The position numbers and the translations under genes were made by a program. The notes beneath the pieces were generated by a model. That model saw only the letters and a list, made by a program, of their open reading frames with translations, made no database searches and was not told the origin of the DNA. From contig JAUPSS010000001.1 in NCBI GenBank assembly GCA_040285825.1, positions 2,976,001-3,040,000 on the forward strand: DNA of 64,000 bases, written 5' to 3'. The first letter of the stretch is position 1, and every line of letters begins with the position of its first letter. Origin of the DNA: Eukaryota sp. TZLM1-RC. Lineage: Eukaryota > Protista > Metamonada: BaSk clade. Of this stretch, positions 38,182-51,265 are shown one piece after another.

Positions 38182-41100
38182 ATGTCTCATCTATTCAACC
38201 TTGGAGTACTTACAGAATCTTATTCACAGTTAACTCGTCCTCAATCTTCCTCTATTTGTGAACTGGAAGATGAATCCTGCTTTTGCAGTAAATCATCAAA
38301 TCCCCTCATTTCTAGCATATCAGAGTGTACTGATGCAGCCAGTCGGTACTTCTACTTTGACCGCATTAACTCAATGCGATCTACTGTTTCCTCCTTTCAA
38401 TTCGAATCTCAGTTTAAATCAACTGTCACCAAGTTCAAGGAAACCTCACCCCAACCCCAGACACTTATTCACACAGAACCATCTATTGCTCACCTTCCTG
38501 CTATCCTACAGCTATCCCTCAAGCTTCAGATCACCTCTCTTAAGCACGTTCTTTCGACCAAACCTACTCTATCTTCTTCACTTCTTGCTACCACCAATGG
38601 CCTTCTCTCTTCCCTCAATGTTCTTTCTCTTCTTGAACAGCCATCTACTCTATGGGGTCACCTCCACGAACTTATCCAAACTCACCTCTCTGACCCTCAC
38701 CTATTCCCCTCTACTCTTTCCACTCTTACCTACCTCTTCTTGGGTAAGGGTCGTCTGTCCCACCTCCTTTCCCTCATCTCCTCTCTCCTATCCATACCCT
38801 CCTCACATGCTCTCCCTCTTCCTTACCTCCCCAACGACTCACTCTCCACCCAATCCCAGCTTCTCCACTCGTTTTTTTCCTACCCTTCAGCTATGTCATC
38901 ACTCAGTCAGTGGTCTTTTGGATCTGGGATTTATTCTTTTAATGTTTCTATTCCTTCTAGTTTAACTTCTTCCAGATTAATAGTTTACAATGGTTTTGTT
39001 ATTCTCTATTCCAACAAGTTTATCTATAAAATCGGCAGTGGGTACGGGGATTCTGAAAAGGGGCGTGTTTATTGTTCCATTAGTTTGGAGCAGTTATCAA
39101 AAGAGATTACCAAGATTTTGGGTCAATGTGAGTCAACGGAAGGTCAAAAAGATGACGTGATGGGTCAGAATACTGTTGAAATTACCAATGCTTCAGGGTT
39201 ATCAATGTGTTTTATTGGTGAAAATGTTTTGCTTTCTTTTCCTTCTATCAAATGCTTTGTCATTTTGAATTCATTTGATTTTTCCGTAATTAATGTCATC
39301 AAACATGACACAAACTCTACTTATGGCATTTGCTCCTGCAAAAAGTATTTGCATTTAATTAAATCTACAATTAAATCTGATTCACCAAGCAAGTTGGGTG
39401 GTTTTGTCAATGTTTATCGTTATGCCAGAATTATTTCTAATGAAGTTGATTTTGAACATCAAATCAATAAAGGTGATTACTCACTGATTCCTTACGACGA
39501 GAGAGTTTTTGCTTATTCAAATTCAAATGAGCTCTTCTCGAAATTTTCATTTGTAACAAACAATTATTTCATGTTGGCTACCAATTATAATTCAAAAGAA
39601 GAGTATTTACTAAAATTGCCAAATTTTGAGAAGGTCGAGCACTCTTTTGCAGCTAATTCATGTGTATATAATCACGATCCAATCACAAACCTTTGGGTCA
39701 CGTTGAATCCTGTTGACTTTGACCCACAAGAAAAGAAACCTGCTAAAATGCCAATAATTTCTATTTGTGAAGGTCAAGATCCCTTATTTTATGAAGAATT
39801 TAATGATTTAAATATTCCAAAAGTTGTTAGCTTTCCTCACCTCGGGAACCTATTACTTTCCAAACTGCATGTCATCTCGTCATCATTTAGGTACCTTGAT
39901 GTTCCTGGACAAAACCAAATTCCTCTGAACAATTATTTCAAAGTAGGTGGGGAAGTTTTGAAGGAAGTTTCTTTTGTTTTAGATGAATCACTTGAGACGT
40001 TTGAAATTTTGCTCGATATGGCAACTTTTTTTCAAAGTATTCAAAATTTGGAGTTTCTGAAAGCTATCCTAGCTCTATTTGAAATACATATAGGCCATTT
40101 AATAGTCAATAACGTTTGCATTTTTTCCCTTGGCGAGGTCGCTTCTGTTTCATCGATGATAAAAAAGACTAGAGAATTATTATTTGCTATTCGTAATTCT
40201 AATTTTAATGAAGAAATTAATTCACGAGCTGATAATGTTTTAATTATTGGCCTGAATTTCTTTTTCCCTGACAGTGAATCTAAGGTTGAGCTTTTCAATG
40301 AACTAATTTCATCCGCATCTCTGCCAAATAGAGGGATTTTCCTTACAAAATTGACAGAAATACCTTTTATTTCAAGTTTAATCATTCCTTTTAATTGTGC
40401 TGAATCAGAAAAACTTGATATAATGGAAGCAAAATGCTTAAATTTGGATGTTGATGATCTCACGATTGGACAATTAGAAACTTGTTCTATAGAATTTTAT
40501 GAGTTATTTTGTAAAGTGGCCTTTAATGGTTCTGTTGGTCTTTTTGTTTCAATTCTGAATGATTTAGGAAGTCGTGTGAATTCTTGGCCGTCTGTTTTGG
40601 CAGCTCATCACCACGTGTCAATATTTCAAATTTTGAACCTTTTTGAAATTTTTATAACGAGATGCGTAGATTTTATGAGCTCTTTTTTGGAAAACATTGT
40701 TGATGACGAATTAAATAAACTTAAACAGCTGGAAATGACACCAATCTATTCTTCTTTGCCTCTTTTTATTGATGTGTTAAAGCAAATTGATCAAATTAAT
40801 TTTAATTTTACGGAGATTATCGTGAAAATTGTTAAAAAATGCCAGAATTTATTAAATCTGACTTCTGCGATTGAAGAAAAACTTAGTCAATCAGCTAAAT
40901 TAATTGATCTTCAAGTTCCAATCAAACCTCTTCCCCAAACTCCAATCAAAATCGGGTCAAAAGTCGTTGAAAGTCAAGACAGTGAAGGAAACCCTATTCA
41001 CCCGTACCAGAATGACCAAGACTACGAAATAGAAGTGGTTTTTCCTAAAGCAGAATATTTGACTCTTGAATTTGATCCCAGAACTGGTTTGTTTTCTCCA

Positions 41101-44100
41101 ATTATCTAATTAACTTCAGCAATGGAAGATCGATATGACCATCTCACTGTGTCAAAAAAACCAAATAAAACTGACGTTGTGGCCAAATATTCAGGACGTA
41201 GACGTGAAAGTTACCCTTCTGAGCCAGTATTGGTAGAGGCTAATTCTTTGTTCTTTGCTTTTCACTCTGATGGTTCAAATACTGGTTTGTTTATGAATAT
41301 CTTAAATTTTTAACCCTAGATTGGGGATTTTTGGTGACTGTTACAGCTTATGGACGTGAAGATCCGATATTGCCGAATATTTCATGGTTATGCCACTTAA
41401 ACTCACTGATCTCTTCTCTGATTGCTGATTTGATTGGACATTTGATTACCCCAAAGTCTTTAAGGTTGCCTAACTCTGACAAAATGTCCACCTTTTTCCA
41501 ACATGGACTAACACCAGATTCGTTTCAAACTCTAACTCAATTAAAATCCAACCAAAAGAGCTCGTGTCAGCTCAATAACAATGACGAATTGGGATCAGAT
41601 AGTTGCTTCTTGACACGTCTATATTTTGACATGTCCAGCTCTCACTTGCCAAGTATTCAGCAAATTTCTGATTTAGTGGATTCCAAACTGATGCTTCTGC
41701 CTCAGGTGGTTCTTTTAAAAAGACATTTGTGTGACGACTACCTCAGAATTTTCCTTTTTTCAGCTCTGTATGCTTTTCATTGTCGAAATAGCCTAGAAAA
41801 TTCCAATATTCCAACTTTTGTTCTGTCGCTCACAATGGTGGTTCATCAGATGTTGCAGTCAGGCAAGGAGGATTTCAAATTTTTAAGGGATTTTGTTTTT
41901 AGAACCAAATTTTTGGTGAGCTCTACTGGTCAGTTGTCACCCAATCAAATTGTGTCATTTTACACTATGAATGATCCTTACTGTCTCCTAGATGATCTCT
42001 TTTGCTGCCACAAACTTGTCAACAACAGAATTTTGGGCATTGAGCTCTTTGAAACCATTTGTAATTCTAATTTATCACCACTTTACACAAGCGTTGTTCT
42101 CTCAAAATTTCAACCATTATTCCAAAATTTCACCAAAATTTCACCAAATAATGTTGGAAATCCACACTATACCTCAAACCTACACTTTATTCCAAGTAGT
42201 TTATCTACAAAATTATTAAATTGCTTCTTTTCTTTTTTAAATAGTCTTGATTTAATTTCTACAATTAAAACAAATTCTGAATTTCTTCCATTAATATTGG
42301 CCTCCAAAATTTCATGTTTTTGTTTCTCGCTCACAAGAGCTCAAGATTTGAAAAATTTGGTCGACTTAAACATCCAATCGGTACTCTCCTTTTCAAACAG
42401 TTCTGTTGATTTCATCATTTCCAAGTTTTTCAACTTTTTAACAATTCTTTTTTCTGCTGATAACTACATGTCAAGTTTCAGTTCATTTTTATTCAATTCT
42501 ATTATCGAAAAATTCATTGGCTTTGCACAGGAAGCGATATGTTTGCAATCTTGGAATTTCAATGTTTCAATCAAAGTTTCTGCTTATTTTGATCTTTTGA
42601 TCTCTTCCATGTTGTCAACAGATGTGAAAATTTACCACTCTGATCTCCTCTCGTCATTTACTGATCTATTCGCTGATATTTTCACAAGCTCTTCAAACAA
42701 TGATATTCTCAAATCATTTCTGTCAAATCCCTCACTGGTGAATTCGTTCTTCACGCTCTTCTCCCTGGGGTCTTGTAAGGTCATTTCCAAAGTTTTTCCA
42801 CTAGTTCAAATGATTTTACCTTTAATTGAAGAAGAAGAAGAACAATCATTTATAGTTGTACTTTTAATCAAGTTATTGTCTGTCAACTCACCAAATTCTG
42901 CCTTGAAAAGACCTTGTGTTGACAAAAATTTTAGTTATGATCCCTTTACATGTCAGCAATTCGTTACCAATCAATTTTTGATTGCTTCTTCCAAGTCCCT
43001 ATTACTAACAATAATGTCTCTTGTTTCATGGCAAAGCTGCTTGTTTGGTTATATTACGACTTTGGTTAACAGTAATCCAGTGAAACAATTGTTGAACTAT
43101 CTCACCAAGAATGTTCTCTCTACGCAATTGGAAAATTCTCTTTGTTTCAAAGACTGTTCTGAAAATGAAGAATTTTTAGACACGGGCTCAGTTTCTGTTG
43201 CAAGACGCAATGATTCTTACATTTTAACCACTGAAGGTACACCCTTTACACTAGATGCTCTGTGGGATAACGTGATATCTAATCATGGTGACGTGGCTAA
43301 TAATCATGATGACGTGATACAGACGCCTTTGAATGATGATGCAGATGAGGATGTGGAAGATTTGAATTTGGAAGCACTTGTTTCAGATGTCGAAAATTTA
43401 ATCCTTGTACTTCAAATTTTCGTAGTCAGTAGCATATTCGTCAAAGGTCAAGATGTTGAAATTTGTGATGCTGATGGTGTCAGACATGGTCAAATTTTTG
43501 AATGTGATCCTTATTCCCTGTCAGTTTGGGTTACTGTAGATGACGTCACCAAAGTCTACCCTCGAACCTCAGTTTTTCCGGTTTTGTCGTCACAACTTCC
43601 CAAATTTTTGCAATATTTTGGACCTGAGCTGCTTGAAATTTTTGAAGTGTCATTTAGTTCGCTTCTAGATTTGGAAATTTTACTTGATCCCTTCTCGTCT
43701 CGTTTTTGTGCATTATCAAGTCACTTAAGATTCATTCTGCTCTTCATTTTAAAATCAATTCTTCATTTGAAGGAGGATCAAGTTTGCTGCACGTTTGTGA
43801 AATCCCTGCACCGGAACGTTTTTGTAAATGTCATCCAACTAGCTCAGTCAAGATATTTCTTCAATCAAGAAGCATCAGTGTTGCCTTTTACCTCCTTGTA
43901 TTTTAATTCAATCTTCCTTAAGCATTTGTTACTCCCCGTAGAGCCAGCCAAAGCACCAGAGCCAAAACCTCGTTACACCATCACAAGTGAATATCAGCAG
44001 TCATTTGCAAAAACAGAGGATCCTCTCTGTATCTCTGCTTTATTCCAGGAAGAAGAAGGTCAAGCTGCTGCTCCATTAGCTACAAGAAGAGTGGCAAAAA

Positions 44101-44729
44101 TCCCACATTCTAGTTCTGTACAACTTGTAGATGCTTTCAATGCAGAAATCAACTTTGAAGTTGATAGTGATTGTAGCGAAGGAATCTTGGTTTATATTGA
44201 CCCTTCTAATCTTTCATTAACACATAAAGACTTAAAAAGGCATAGTAATAAGTTATTACGTCTAGTCAAGGTTCATCAAGATGGTGGTGTTGGCGTTGCT
44301 GATGTGGTTACTTTGGATTATTTGGATGGTACACAGTTGAAATTTCAAGTGCCCACGTCACTGTTGTCGAAAATTTCGGCTACTTGTTACTTGGCTCATT
44401 TATATGGCGGTCTCGACAATTCTCTTGTCACTATGACACGCAATGCTGTCAGTCATCAAGTTTCTCAAAATTTGGCCTTGTGTCAGTGTCATTTGTCTCA
44501 AATATTAGCCATGCACGTCATTGTACGTTCTATAAACGTCACTGAGCTCCCAGTGTCGGCTGACTGTGTCGCAAATATTTTGCAACAACTTTTTAACCAA
44601 AACTACGCCTCTGTCGCTCATGATAGTATTGGAACTGATGATCCCACTAATATTTGGCAAGGAGAAGCTCCTAGTTTTTGTGTAGACAGTTTGCCTGCAC
44701 TGAGGAAGATAATGGAAAAGCTTTTTTGA
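38182..44729 (+). CDS. Giant (~2160 aa) HECTD4/MYCBP2-like protein with a CUB-like domain and two short introns; no HECT domain seen
   Basis: GRLSHLL and KIGSGYG...GRVY motifs. CUB-like HPY...LEFD....E.RYD.L...FHSDGSNTDWGF is restored by splicing introns 41087-41119 and 41285-41319. Confidence 0.7.
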
Positions 44730-44949
44730 ATTTAGTATCTTTTGTACATAAATTTTTGTTTTCATTTTGTATGAAATTTTTGTCCTATCGTTTCATTAAA
44801 AATTCAAAATTTTGGTATGGTTAGTATGTGGACAAATTTATTGGTTGCTGCATCATCAAATTTCAAAATTTTACTAAATTTTCATTTTCTTTAGATCCGT
44901 GCCAGAATTTTTGAGATTAATTGTTACAGAGCACTATTAGAACTTAGTC

Positions 44950-45520
44950 ATGCATTCAAGGACAGAAAACTATGGGTCCATAATCTTCCACAGGATTACA
45001 CTAATTCAAGTAATTCAAGGACCTTTTTGCCAGTTATGGGAATGTCATATCTGCATCCATTATGAGGACCCCTGATGGAGTTTCGCGACAATTTGGTTTT
45101 GTTTGGTTTGAATCCCCGGAAGAAGCTAAAAATGCCATCTCTAACTTAAATGGAAAGATCCCTGACCAAGCTCTCCAACCTCTCAGAATCTGCTTCTTTA
45201 AGTCCCAAAAGGAACGTATAGAATAGAAAAAACAAGAAGCCGCAGTTGATGTAGCAGTGTCTGCCACCGATTTTTCAGTTCCTGCAGTTGCAACTGGAGC
45301 TGAACCTTTATATGAAAAACATGGTTTATTGAAATAATGAGAAACGAAGATGATGAAGCTGCCAGACGCGAAATTCTTGGTGACTGTTGGTTTGTTTTTG
45401 TCGAAGCCAAAAATGCTGAACTAGCATCCAACATTATTGGTATGATTTTATGTTTGGATTGTGTGGAAATTGAAAAGGTTTATTGTTGTCAAGTTGTTTT
45501 GACAGACTTAAAGTCACTTT
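44950..45520 (+). pseudogene. Decayed paralog of the PABP 3' half (RRM4 plus MLLE)
   Basis: LWVHNLP, YGNVISASIM...SRQFGFV.FES.EEA, and R.ILGD..F..VE.....A.NIIGMIL.L; contains a frameshift and stops. Confidence 0.75.
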
Positions 45521-46539
45521 TGAGAGCAAAAGTGAGACTCAACAATACCCGATACAGTTTACAACATTCTTGACCTAAGTTCATACTGTAAATACAAAAA
45601 TCAATGTTCTCATAAAAATTGTAATTGTTTGTTTTGAATCTGTCATTTTCAGAAAATCATATAAAGACTTCGGAAATACATAAGGTAACATGAATGAGAG
45701 ATCCAAGCAGGAGGAAAAACAAGTGGAGATAGAAATTGCAATATAGAAAATCATGATAATAAGAAATGATTTTCTGTCTATAATTTCTATGGTTGAAAAA
45801 GGATTGTAAAAATATAAATCAAGTAAATTGAATTGCAAGCACTGAAAGGATAAACAGACATCAGATCTAATGAAATACTGTTTTGAATAGGACACCTTCT
45901 CTTTTGTTTCTGCAATTTCTCCCGCAGAATAATTATTCCAATAAGATTCCACTTAATTGATAATGATATACATCAACGTATAATTAAAGAATCCCAGAAA
46001 ACATATTTCCATAGCTGGTAGCATCACATGATTGAAAACATCTTTATAGAGTGGGTGAAGATGAGAGTTTCTTGATTTTCGATTATGTAACTTTTGGTTT
46101 AACCTGCTGTTTATGCACACAAAAGCAAACTTAATTCTTTAATTCAACAAAAAAATTATTCAACTGTGTATTTTAGTCTTGAGATATAAAACTAATCTGT
46201 TTGAGAAGACACACTACCTCAACAGTTGTAATAAAATGAATATTAGAATTAAATCACCGTTGGAAGTTCTCTCAAGTATGACCATTCTAAACTAACGTCA
46301 CATAAACATTGAATTTAAAGTTAATAAATAAGATATGCAAAATTTTGGGAGTATTGATGGTAAAGCAAGGGAACAAATAGGAGCAATTTCAAGGACTTGG
46401 TTGTTCAATGTTCTTTTTTTCTTCAATAATACACAAATCATTATTTGAACACAGAAGACACAGAGTTCGACAATTCTTTTGGCTAAGGACCGTTTTTTTG
46501 TTCAAAACAAATGGTTGTACGGATAGTCTCCAGTTGATA

Positions 46540-46700
46540 AAAAATGGGAGACATTGAGCAGAAGTTACTGATTTCTATAAGCATTAACTTCGTCAATAAG
46601 ATTATCACGGTTTCTATGTTGTTTTCATACTTTAAGTTCAAATGCACTGTCAGAATTAAGTTTTCTTCTTTGAACCATTTTGTTCTTCACAACTACAGCA
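46540..46700 (-). mobile_element. Highly decayed family D retrotransposon remnant
   Basis: Reverse strand resembles the RRRLNP..A.E.K..KHRKY segment of 18000-18110. Confidence 0.45.
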
Positions 46701-46885
46701 AACAAAGTCTAGAACAACTTCAAAGTTATCAATCCAACTGATTGTTATTTTCAAAGCTGTTTTAGGCTCCATTTCCCTGAAGTATTATTTCCTGTGATGT
46801 CCAACAAAATCAATCAAAATCAATTGTTGAAATCAAAACCCAAATGAAATGAAATCAGAAGAGTTCGTTTCTCTTCCTTCTTTTA

Positions 46886-47029
46886 ATGAGTTCAAAAGGT
46901 CGTCAAGTCACTGTTCGTACCCGTGATGAAGGTCTCCGTGTCGGACCTTCTGGTGTGATGGTGTTTTCTGTTGCCACTATCGGAACCGTCATTCTTATGC
47001 ATGTGTTCTCTCGGGTTTTCTCTAAATAG
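46886..47029 (+). CDS. SEC61B: Protein translocon subunit Sec61-beta (47 aa; below the ORF-track cutoff)
   Basis: MSSKGRQVTVRTRDEGLRVGPSGVMVFSVATIGTVILMHVFSRVFSK* has the DEGL.VGP loop followed by a tail-anchor TM ending in H. Confidence 0.85.
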   Translation: MSSKGRQVTVRTRDEGLRVGPSGVMVFSVATIGTVILMHVFSRVFSK

Positions 47030-47809
47030 AGTTCTATCAACACCCTTAATCGCCTTCTTCCATTTGTCCAGCATTCTGTCAGTATCCAAAAGTTCTATTG
47101 TATCTGTTTTGTGAATAAACACCTTTTCATATCAAAGTGTACATGTTGTCGTTTGTTGATTTCCTACAACTTTGATCACACTGTGTCGATCGCTATATTA
47201 CCAAATGTTCTATCATCTCTACAGAAAGATTTATTGATCTAGGTAGATTTACACGATGTTTTCTACGATAGAGGCGCAAATATGCACAAAACTATGCTAT
47301 ACTCAAACACTACATTGGCATGAGTTGTCATTCAGTCATTGAAATGCTAACAATTCAACCAACTTATTTCTGTGTACAATAGAACTGTATTGATTGATAA
47401 AGCACAAACATCATAAAGGTCCACATGCGATGTTGAGCTTGGTATTAAGTGCGTGTCATAGACCAACCCTAGTAATTCCGTTGTCCCAAATCAAATCTGT
47501 TGAATATTCTATGGTTGAGGCACCGTTGGTTATTGGGACTGCTTTGGTACAATAAAACATTTATAAAATATGGTTCAGTATTCAAGATAAATTTGTTTGA
47601 GCTGTGCAAGTAGCAAGCTGGAAGAAAACAACTTATCTTCATACCGTTACATTTTCATTAATGTTCGAAATAGCAGTAGGTACTAATTGGTTAAACAGAT
47701 AACACTTGTTTTTTAATTTGTTTTTCAAATATTTCATTTTTACCATCCATTAATGCTTTCTCTTTTCTTCACCATTTCCGTCATTTCATTGTTATTGTTT
47801 TATCATTTG

Positions 47810-48465
47810 CGGATGAGAAGTTCATGATGCAGTCCATGATCAGCTCTATTGTATGTTTAAGTCTTACAAGATCGAATCCTTTTTAGAACCTTTGCTTTCA
47901 AATTTGGCTGATGAAGTTGACAGAAATTCTTTTGGTGACAACCAAGGTGGTGTGTTTGTTCCCTGTCTTGATATATCAATGATCATTATTGACGTCAGAT
48001 CTACTGATGTGTCAATCAGCTCAAATGAAAAACTGGCTCCATCTTATAATTCACCTTTACTTCACCTTTACGAGCTGAAGAAGCGAAAATTATCTAGTAT
48101 GCTGAAAAAAACAATAATCTGAATTCCAGCTCACATACTCAATTCTTCCTTTGTCATTTGCTTCCATATTATATATATAATACATATAATCTTCCATATT
48201 TGGAACCTTGAATAAAACTGCGTTATCTCCTATAGACGATTTTTCATATATTGTCAAGAACAGAACTGGAAGAATATTTGACCGAACCTTTGAGGTAAAA
48301 TAGAATTGTGATTTTCTATTTTTTAAAAGGAATGCATAGCCTTGTTTCTAGCTCGTTGTTATCACTAGGAAGATTTCATGAAGAAAATGCTCTAAATAAA
48401 TTTTGAATAGTAGATGTGGAGTTTGAGGAAAGTGATTTTTAGTTTTTAAAATAGTTTTTTAAAAT
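47810..48465 (+). mobile_element. Decayed CRE-like retrotransposon 3' fragment
   Basis: VHDAV.DQLY.M.KSYKIESFLEPLL, IDV.S.D, KNRTGRIF; related to 6121-7052. Confidence 0.78.
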
Positions 48466-48545
48466 AAATCTAAGTTGTGCAATATCTAGTGTACATTGGG
48501 GAATTTCCTCACGTTTCTGACCCGCCTACTCTTCTTAATGATTGC

Positions 48546-49835
48546 ATGAGTCTTAGACAAACTACTACTCCTCAAAAGTTCCGTCTACGTCTCAGTGAAC
48601 GTAAGGGCGAACGACCCGATTCTTTCTCTGACTTTGAATTCTCCCCATCCTCACCACTATCTTCTTCCCGTTTTTCTACAGACTCTTTTGATGGCGACTC
48701 TTTCTATGAACGAAATCAGCTTTGGGTCCAACGTAGATCCCAATATCTTGACGAACAACGTAAGCTCAATGAACAATCCACCGACACTTATTCATTTACT
48801 CCCAACGTAAATCGTGATCCTGCCTCTGGTTCTAGGTCGTCTGTCATTTCTCGTCTCAGTGCCGCAGCTGAGAAGCGTGAGGCCTATAGACTTGAAGCAC
48901 TGTCTCGCATAGAACGAGAACGGGAGTCAGAATGCACCTTTGCTCCAAAGATTAATACCTCTAGAAAGGTTTCTTCCAAGTTTGCCAGTCACTCCTCGCA
49001 AAAGAAAGTCACACCGCCCCCCGCAGACCAACCCTCTCAATCTTTCAAGCCCAAAGTCAACGAGACTTTTGTTGACAATGGTCTTGTTCGGTCTTATCTA
49101 TCACGTGATCCTTTTGAGCGACTTTACCAAACTAATACCAAAGGAACTGAACCGCTATCCAACATTCTTTCCTCTCCTCTTCATGGTAAATCTCCTCAAG
49201 CCACTCAAGAGGATATAGCTGCTTTTCTATATAGACAGGAATGCTTTCAGAATAGGAGGGAGAAGTCACTGCAGAGGTCAGAAATGATGTCAAGTAATAG
49301 CGCGGGGAAGCCAGCTATCTGTCCTACAAGCAGAAAATTAGTTTCACAAAAGCATAATATTGAAAAAATGCCAGTGCACGAGCGTTTGTTGAAGGAAAGT
49401 CAAGGTAAGTCAAGGAAGAATCACGTTGACACGGGAAAGTTTACGTTTACACCTAAAATTAATAACCATCCAACGACCAAAAGAGCGGGTTCGATACACG
49501 ATTCATCGCAGGAATTCTTGAGAAGAAAGGAGCGAAGATTAGAGAATGCCAGAAAAATGCTAGAGCAGAAAGAGGCGAATGAAGCCACTTTTAAACCCAA
49601 AATTCAAAGTGTTGGTGCCAGATCCAAATTACAACTCAACGAACAAGGGCTTTCCACGTATGTTTCAAGGGTAGCACAAGAAAGAATGGCTCATGACAGG
49701 AACGTCATGAGGAAAAGTCATTCTATGGAAGCAGAGCGGATGAGTGAATGTACATTTAAGCCAAAGATAAGAGAAACTCCTGATTTCATTAGGAATATTG
49801 CTTCAAAGTTGAGAAATAGTTTGGACAGTTCGTAG
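48546..49835 (+). CDS. Hypothetical basic protein with repeated (C)TF.PKI motifs
   Basis: YSFTPNVN, ECTFAPKIN, SFKPKVN, FTFTPKIN, ATFKPKI, ECTFKPKI repeats and ERLY/VHERL segments. First ATG at 48546. Confidence 0.8.
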   Translation: MSLRQTTTPQKFRLRLSERKGERPDSFSDFEFSPSSPLSSSRFSTDSFDGDSFYERNQLWVQRRSQYLDEQRKLNEQSTDTYSFTPNVNRDPASGSRSSVISRLSAAAEKREAYRLEALSRIERERESECTFAPKINTSRKVSSKFASHSSQKKVTPPPADQPSQSFKPKVNETFVDNGLVRSYLSRDPFERLYQTNTKGTEPLSNILSSPLHGKSPQATQEDIAAFLYRQECFQNRREKSLQRSEMMSSNSAGKPAICPTSRKLVSQKHNIEKMPVHERLLKESQGKSRKNHVDTGKFTFTPKINNHPTTKRAGSIHDSSQEFLRRKERRLENARKMLEQKEANEATFKPKIQSVGARSKLQLNEQGLSTYVSRVAQERMAHDRNVMRKSHSMEAERMSECTFKPKIRETPDFIRNIASKLRNSLDSS

Positions 49836-50080
49836 TCTAGAAGGTGTATTTAGTTAATTAAGGCTTGGTGTTTTTCAAACTTTAAAGATTCATTTAGTTT
49901 AAAATCATTGTTTTTGTAAAATAGACACTTGAATTAAATTGATTTAGTGTTGCATATGAGAAGATTAGTGACAATTGAAGTCTTTCAAAGAATAAGATCT
50001 AATTCACCAGATAAACAAGCATGATTGGAATAACATGTTCTGGAAATAAACAGGTTCAACAAAATAAACTTGTAACGAGA

Positions 50081-50617
50081 CTACAAGTTACTCAGTTTGA
50101 CAATAAAACTCAAAGCCTTAGCAAATTCTAACAACTTTGCCTCGTATATAGCAGTTTCTTGGCTATTACAAAACACTTGAAGTTCACCAATCATCTCCTC
50201 AGTTGAAGCACCCTTCAAGTAAAAAACATCAAAAACAAAACATTGAAAGGTGAACCGAGTGCCTTCTTTTTCCTTTGAACTAACATCGGTCATGCCAATC
50301 GAACGAAGAAACTCTGTGTGAGAACCCTTGATGGTGCTTACATGCCAAGTTTCCATACGAACAGACATCGGGGTTCGTTGTAGGATATTATTTATTAAAA
50401 AAGAAGGAATATTTGGGCCAATGAGATTCCTCCGGACCATGAGTTGTGCTTGTGGAATCTCAATGGGATGTGTACATTGAAGACGTATGTCTTCAACGTG
50501 CAGAGGTTCTGATTGAGCCCCAAAGGTATCCTCAAGTAGTGATGATAGTGTCTGTATTGATGATGCTGGAAAAACACCACGTAATAAACATCTTGTGTCA
50601 ACAGAGGATTTTGACAT
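50081..50617 (-). CDS. MED18: Mediator subunit Med18-like protein
   Basis: N-terminal CLL.G......L...L...G, L.VRR, EFL.SIG......K.G..F and C-terminal L.EFA.AL..IV.L pattern typical of Med18; 178 aa. Confidence 0.65.
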   Translation of the reverse strand: MSKSSVDTRCLLRGVFPASSIQTLSSLLEDTFGAQSEPLHVEDIRLQCTHPIEIPQAQLMVRRNLIGPNIPSFLINNILQRTPMSVRMETWHVSTIKGSHTEFLRSIGMTDVSSKEKEGTRFTFQCFVFDVFYLKGASTEEMIGELQVFCNSQETAIYEAKLLEFAKALSFIVKLSNL

Positions 50618-50714
50618 CGGCTAATAGCACAAAAATACCAAATAGTTGTAACTCGTTGAGATTACTGGAATATGAAATGAATCAAGTTGTTTTCAAAACT
50701 TGAGGTCTTTTCCT

Positions 50715-51265
50715 TCTTTTGGAACCTCTGTTGTCAAATCTGTTTGATACTGAAGATGATCTTCATAAGAATAATAGAGGTGATCTAATATTACCTGGAC
50801 TTGATGGAACCTTCATTTTAGTGGATGTAATGTCTGTTGGTCCTTGTAATGTTTCAAATGAAAGGCTCGCCAATTCTGAAATTTCTAATCCTCTTTCAAA
50901 TGCTGAAAATTTCAAAATCAAAAAATACAATGAACCTTTGTCCAAATTGGACAGTCAACAGCCAGCATGCAAAATATAATTCGCATCCATTTGTATTTTC
51001 CCTGTTTGGTTCACTAGCGCCAACGGCTTTACGTTTTTTGGAAGATTTTGAAATGATGATAAAAAGATGAACTGGCAGAAATTTCAACCGATTGTTTTGG
51101 CAAAATGGAATTGTGTTTTCTATTTTTAAGGGGATGTTGAAGATGGTTTCTGATGCTTCTTTCTCTTGGATCTCACTATGAGAGAGTTGCATCTAGTGTT
51201 TTTGTTTTGGGAGAGATGATTTTTTAGATGTTGATTCATAGGTTTTTAATAAAATTAATAATACA
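50715..51265 (+). mobile_element. CRE-like retrotransposon 3' fragment (family C)
   Basis: LEPLLSNLFD..RGDLILPG..VDVMSV, AE..K.KKY, PFVFSLFG; similar to 8873-9525. Confidence 0.85.

Noticed and set aside
45581-46500. Short ORFs in AT-rich DNA after the PABP pseudogene
   Set aside because: No motifs and frequent stops in all frames; probably decayed sequence.
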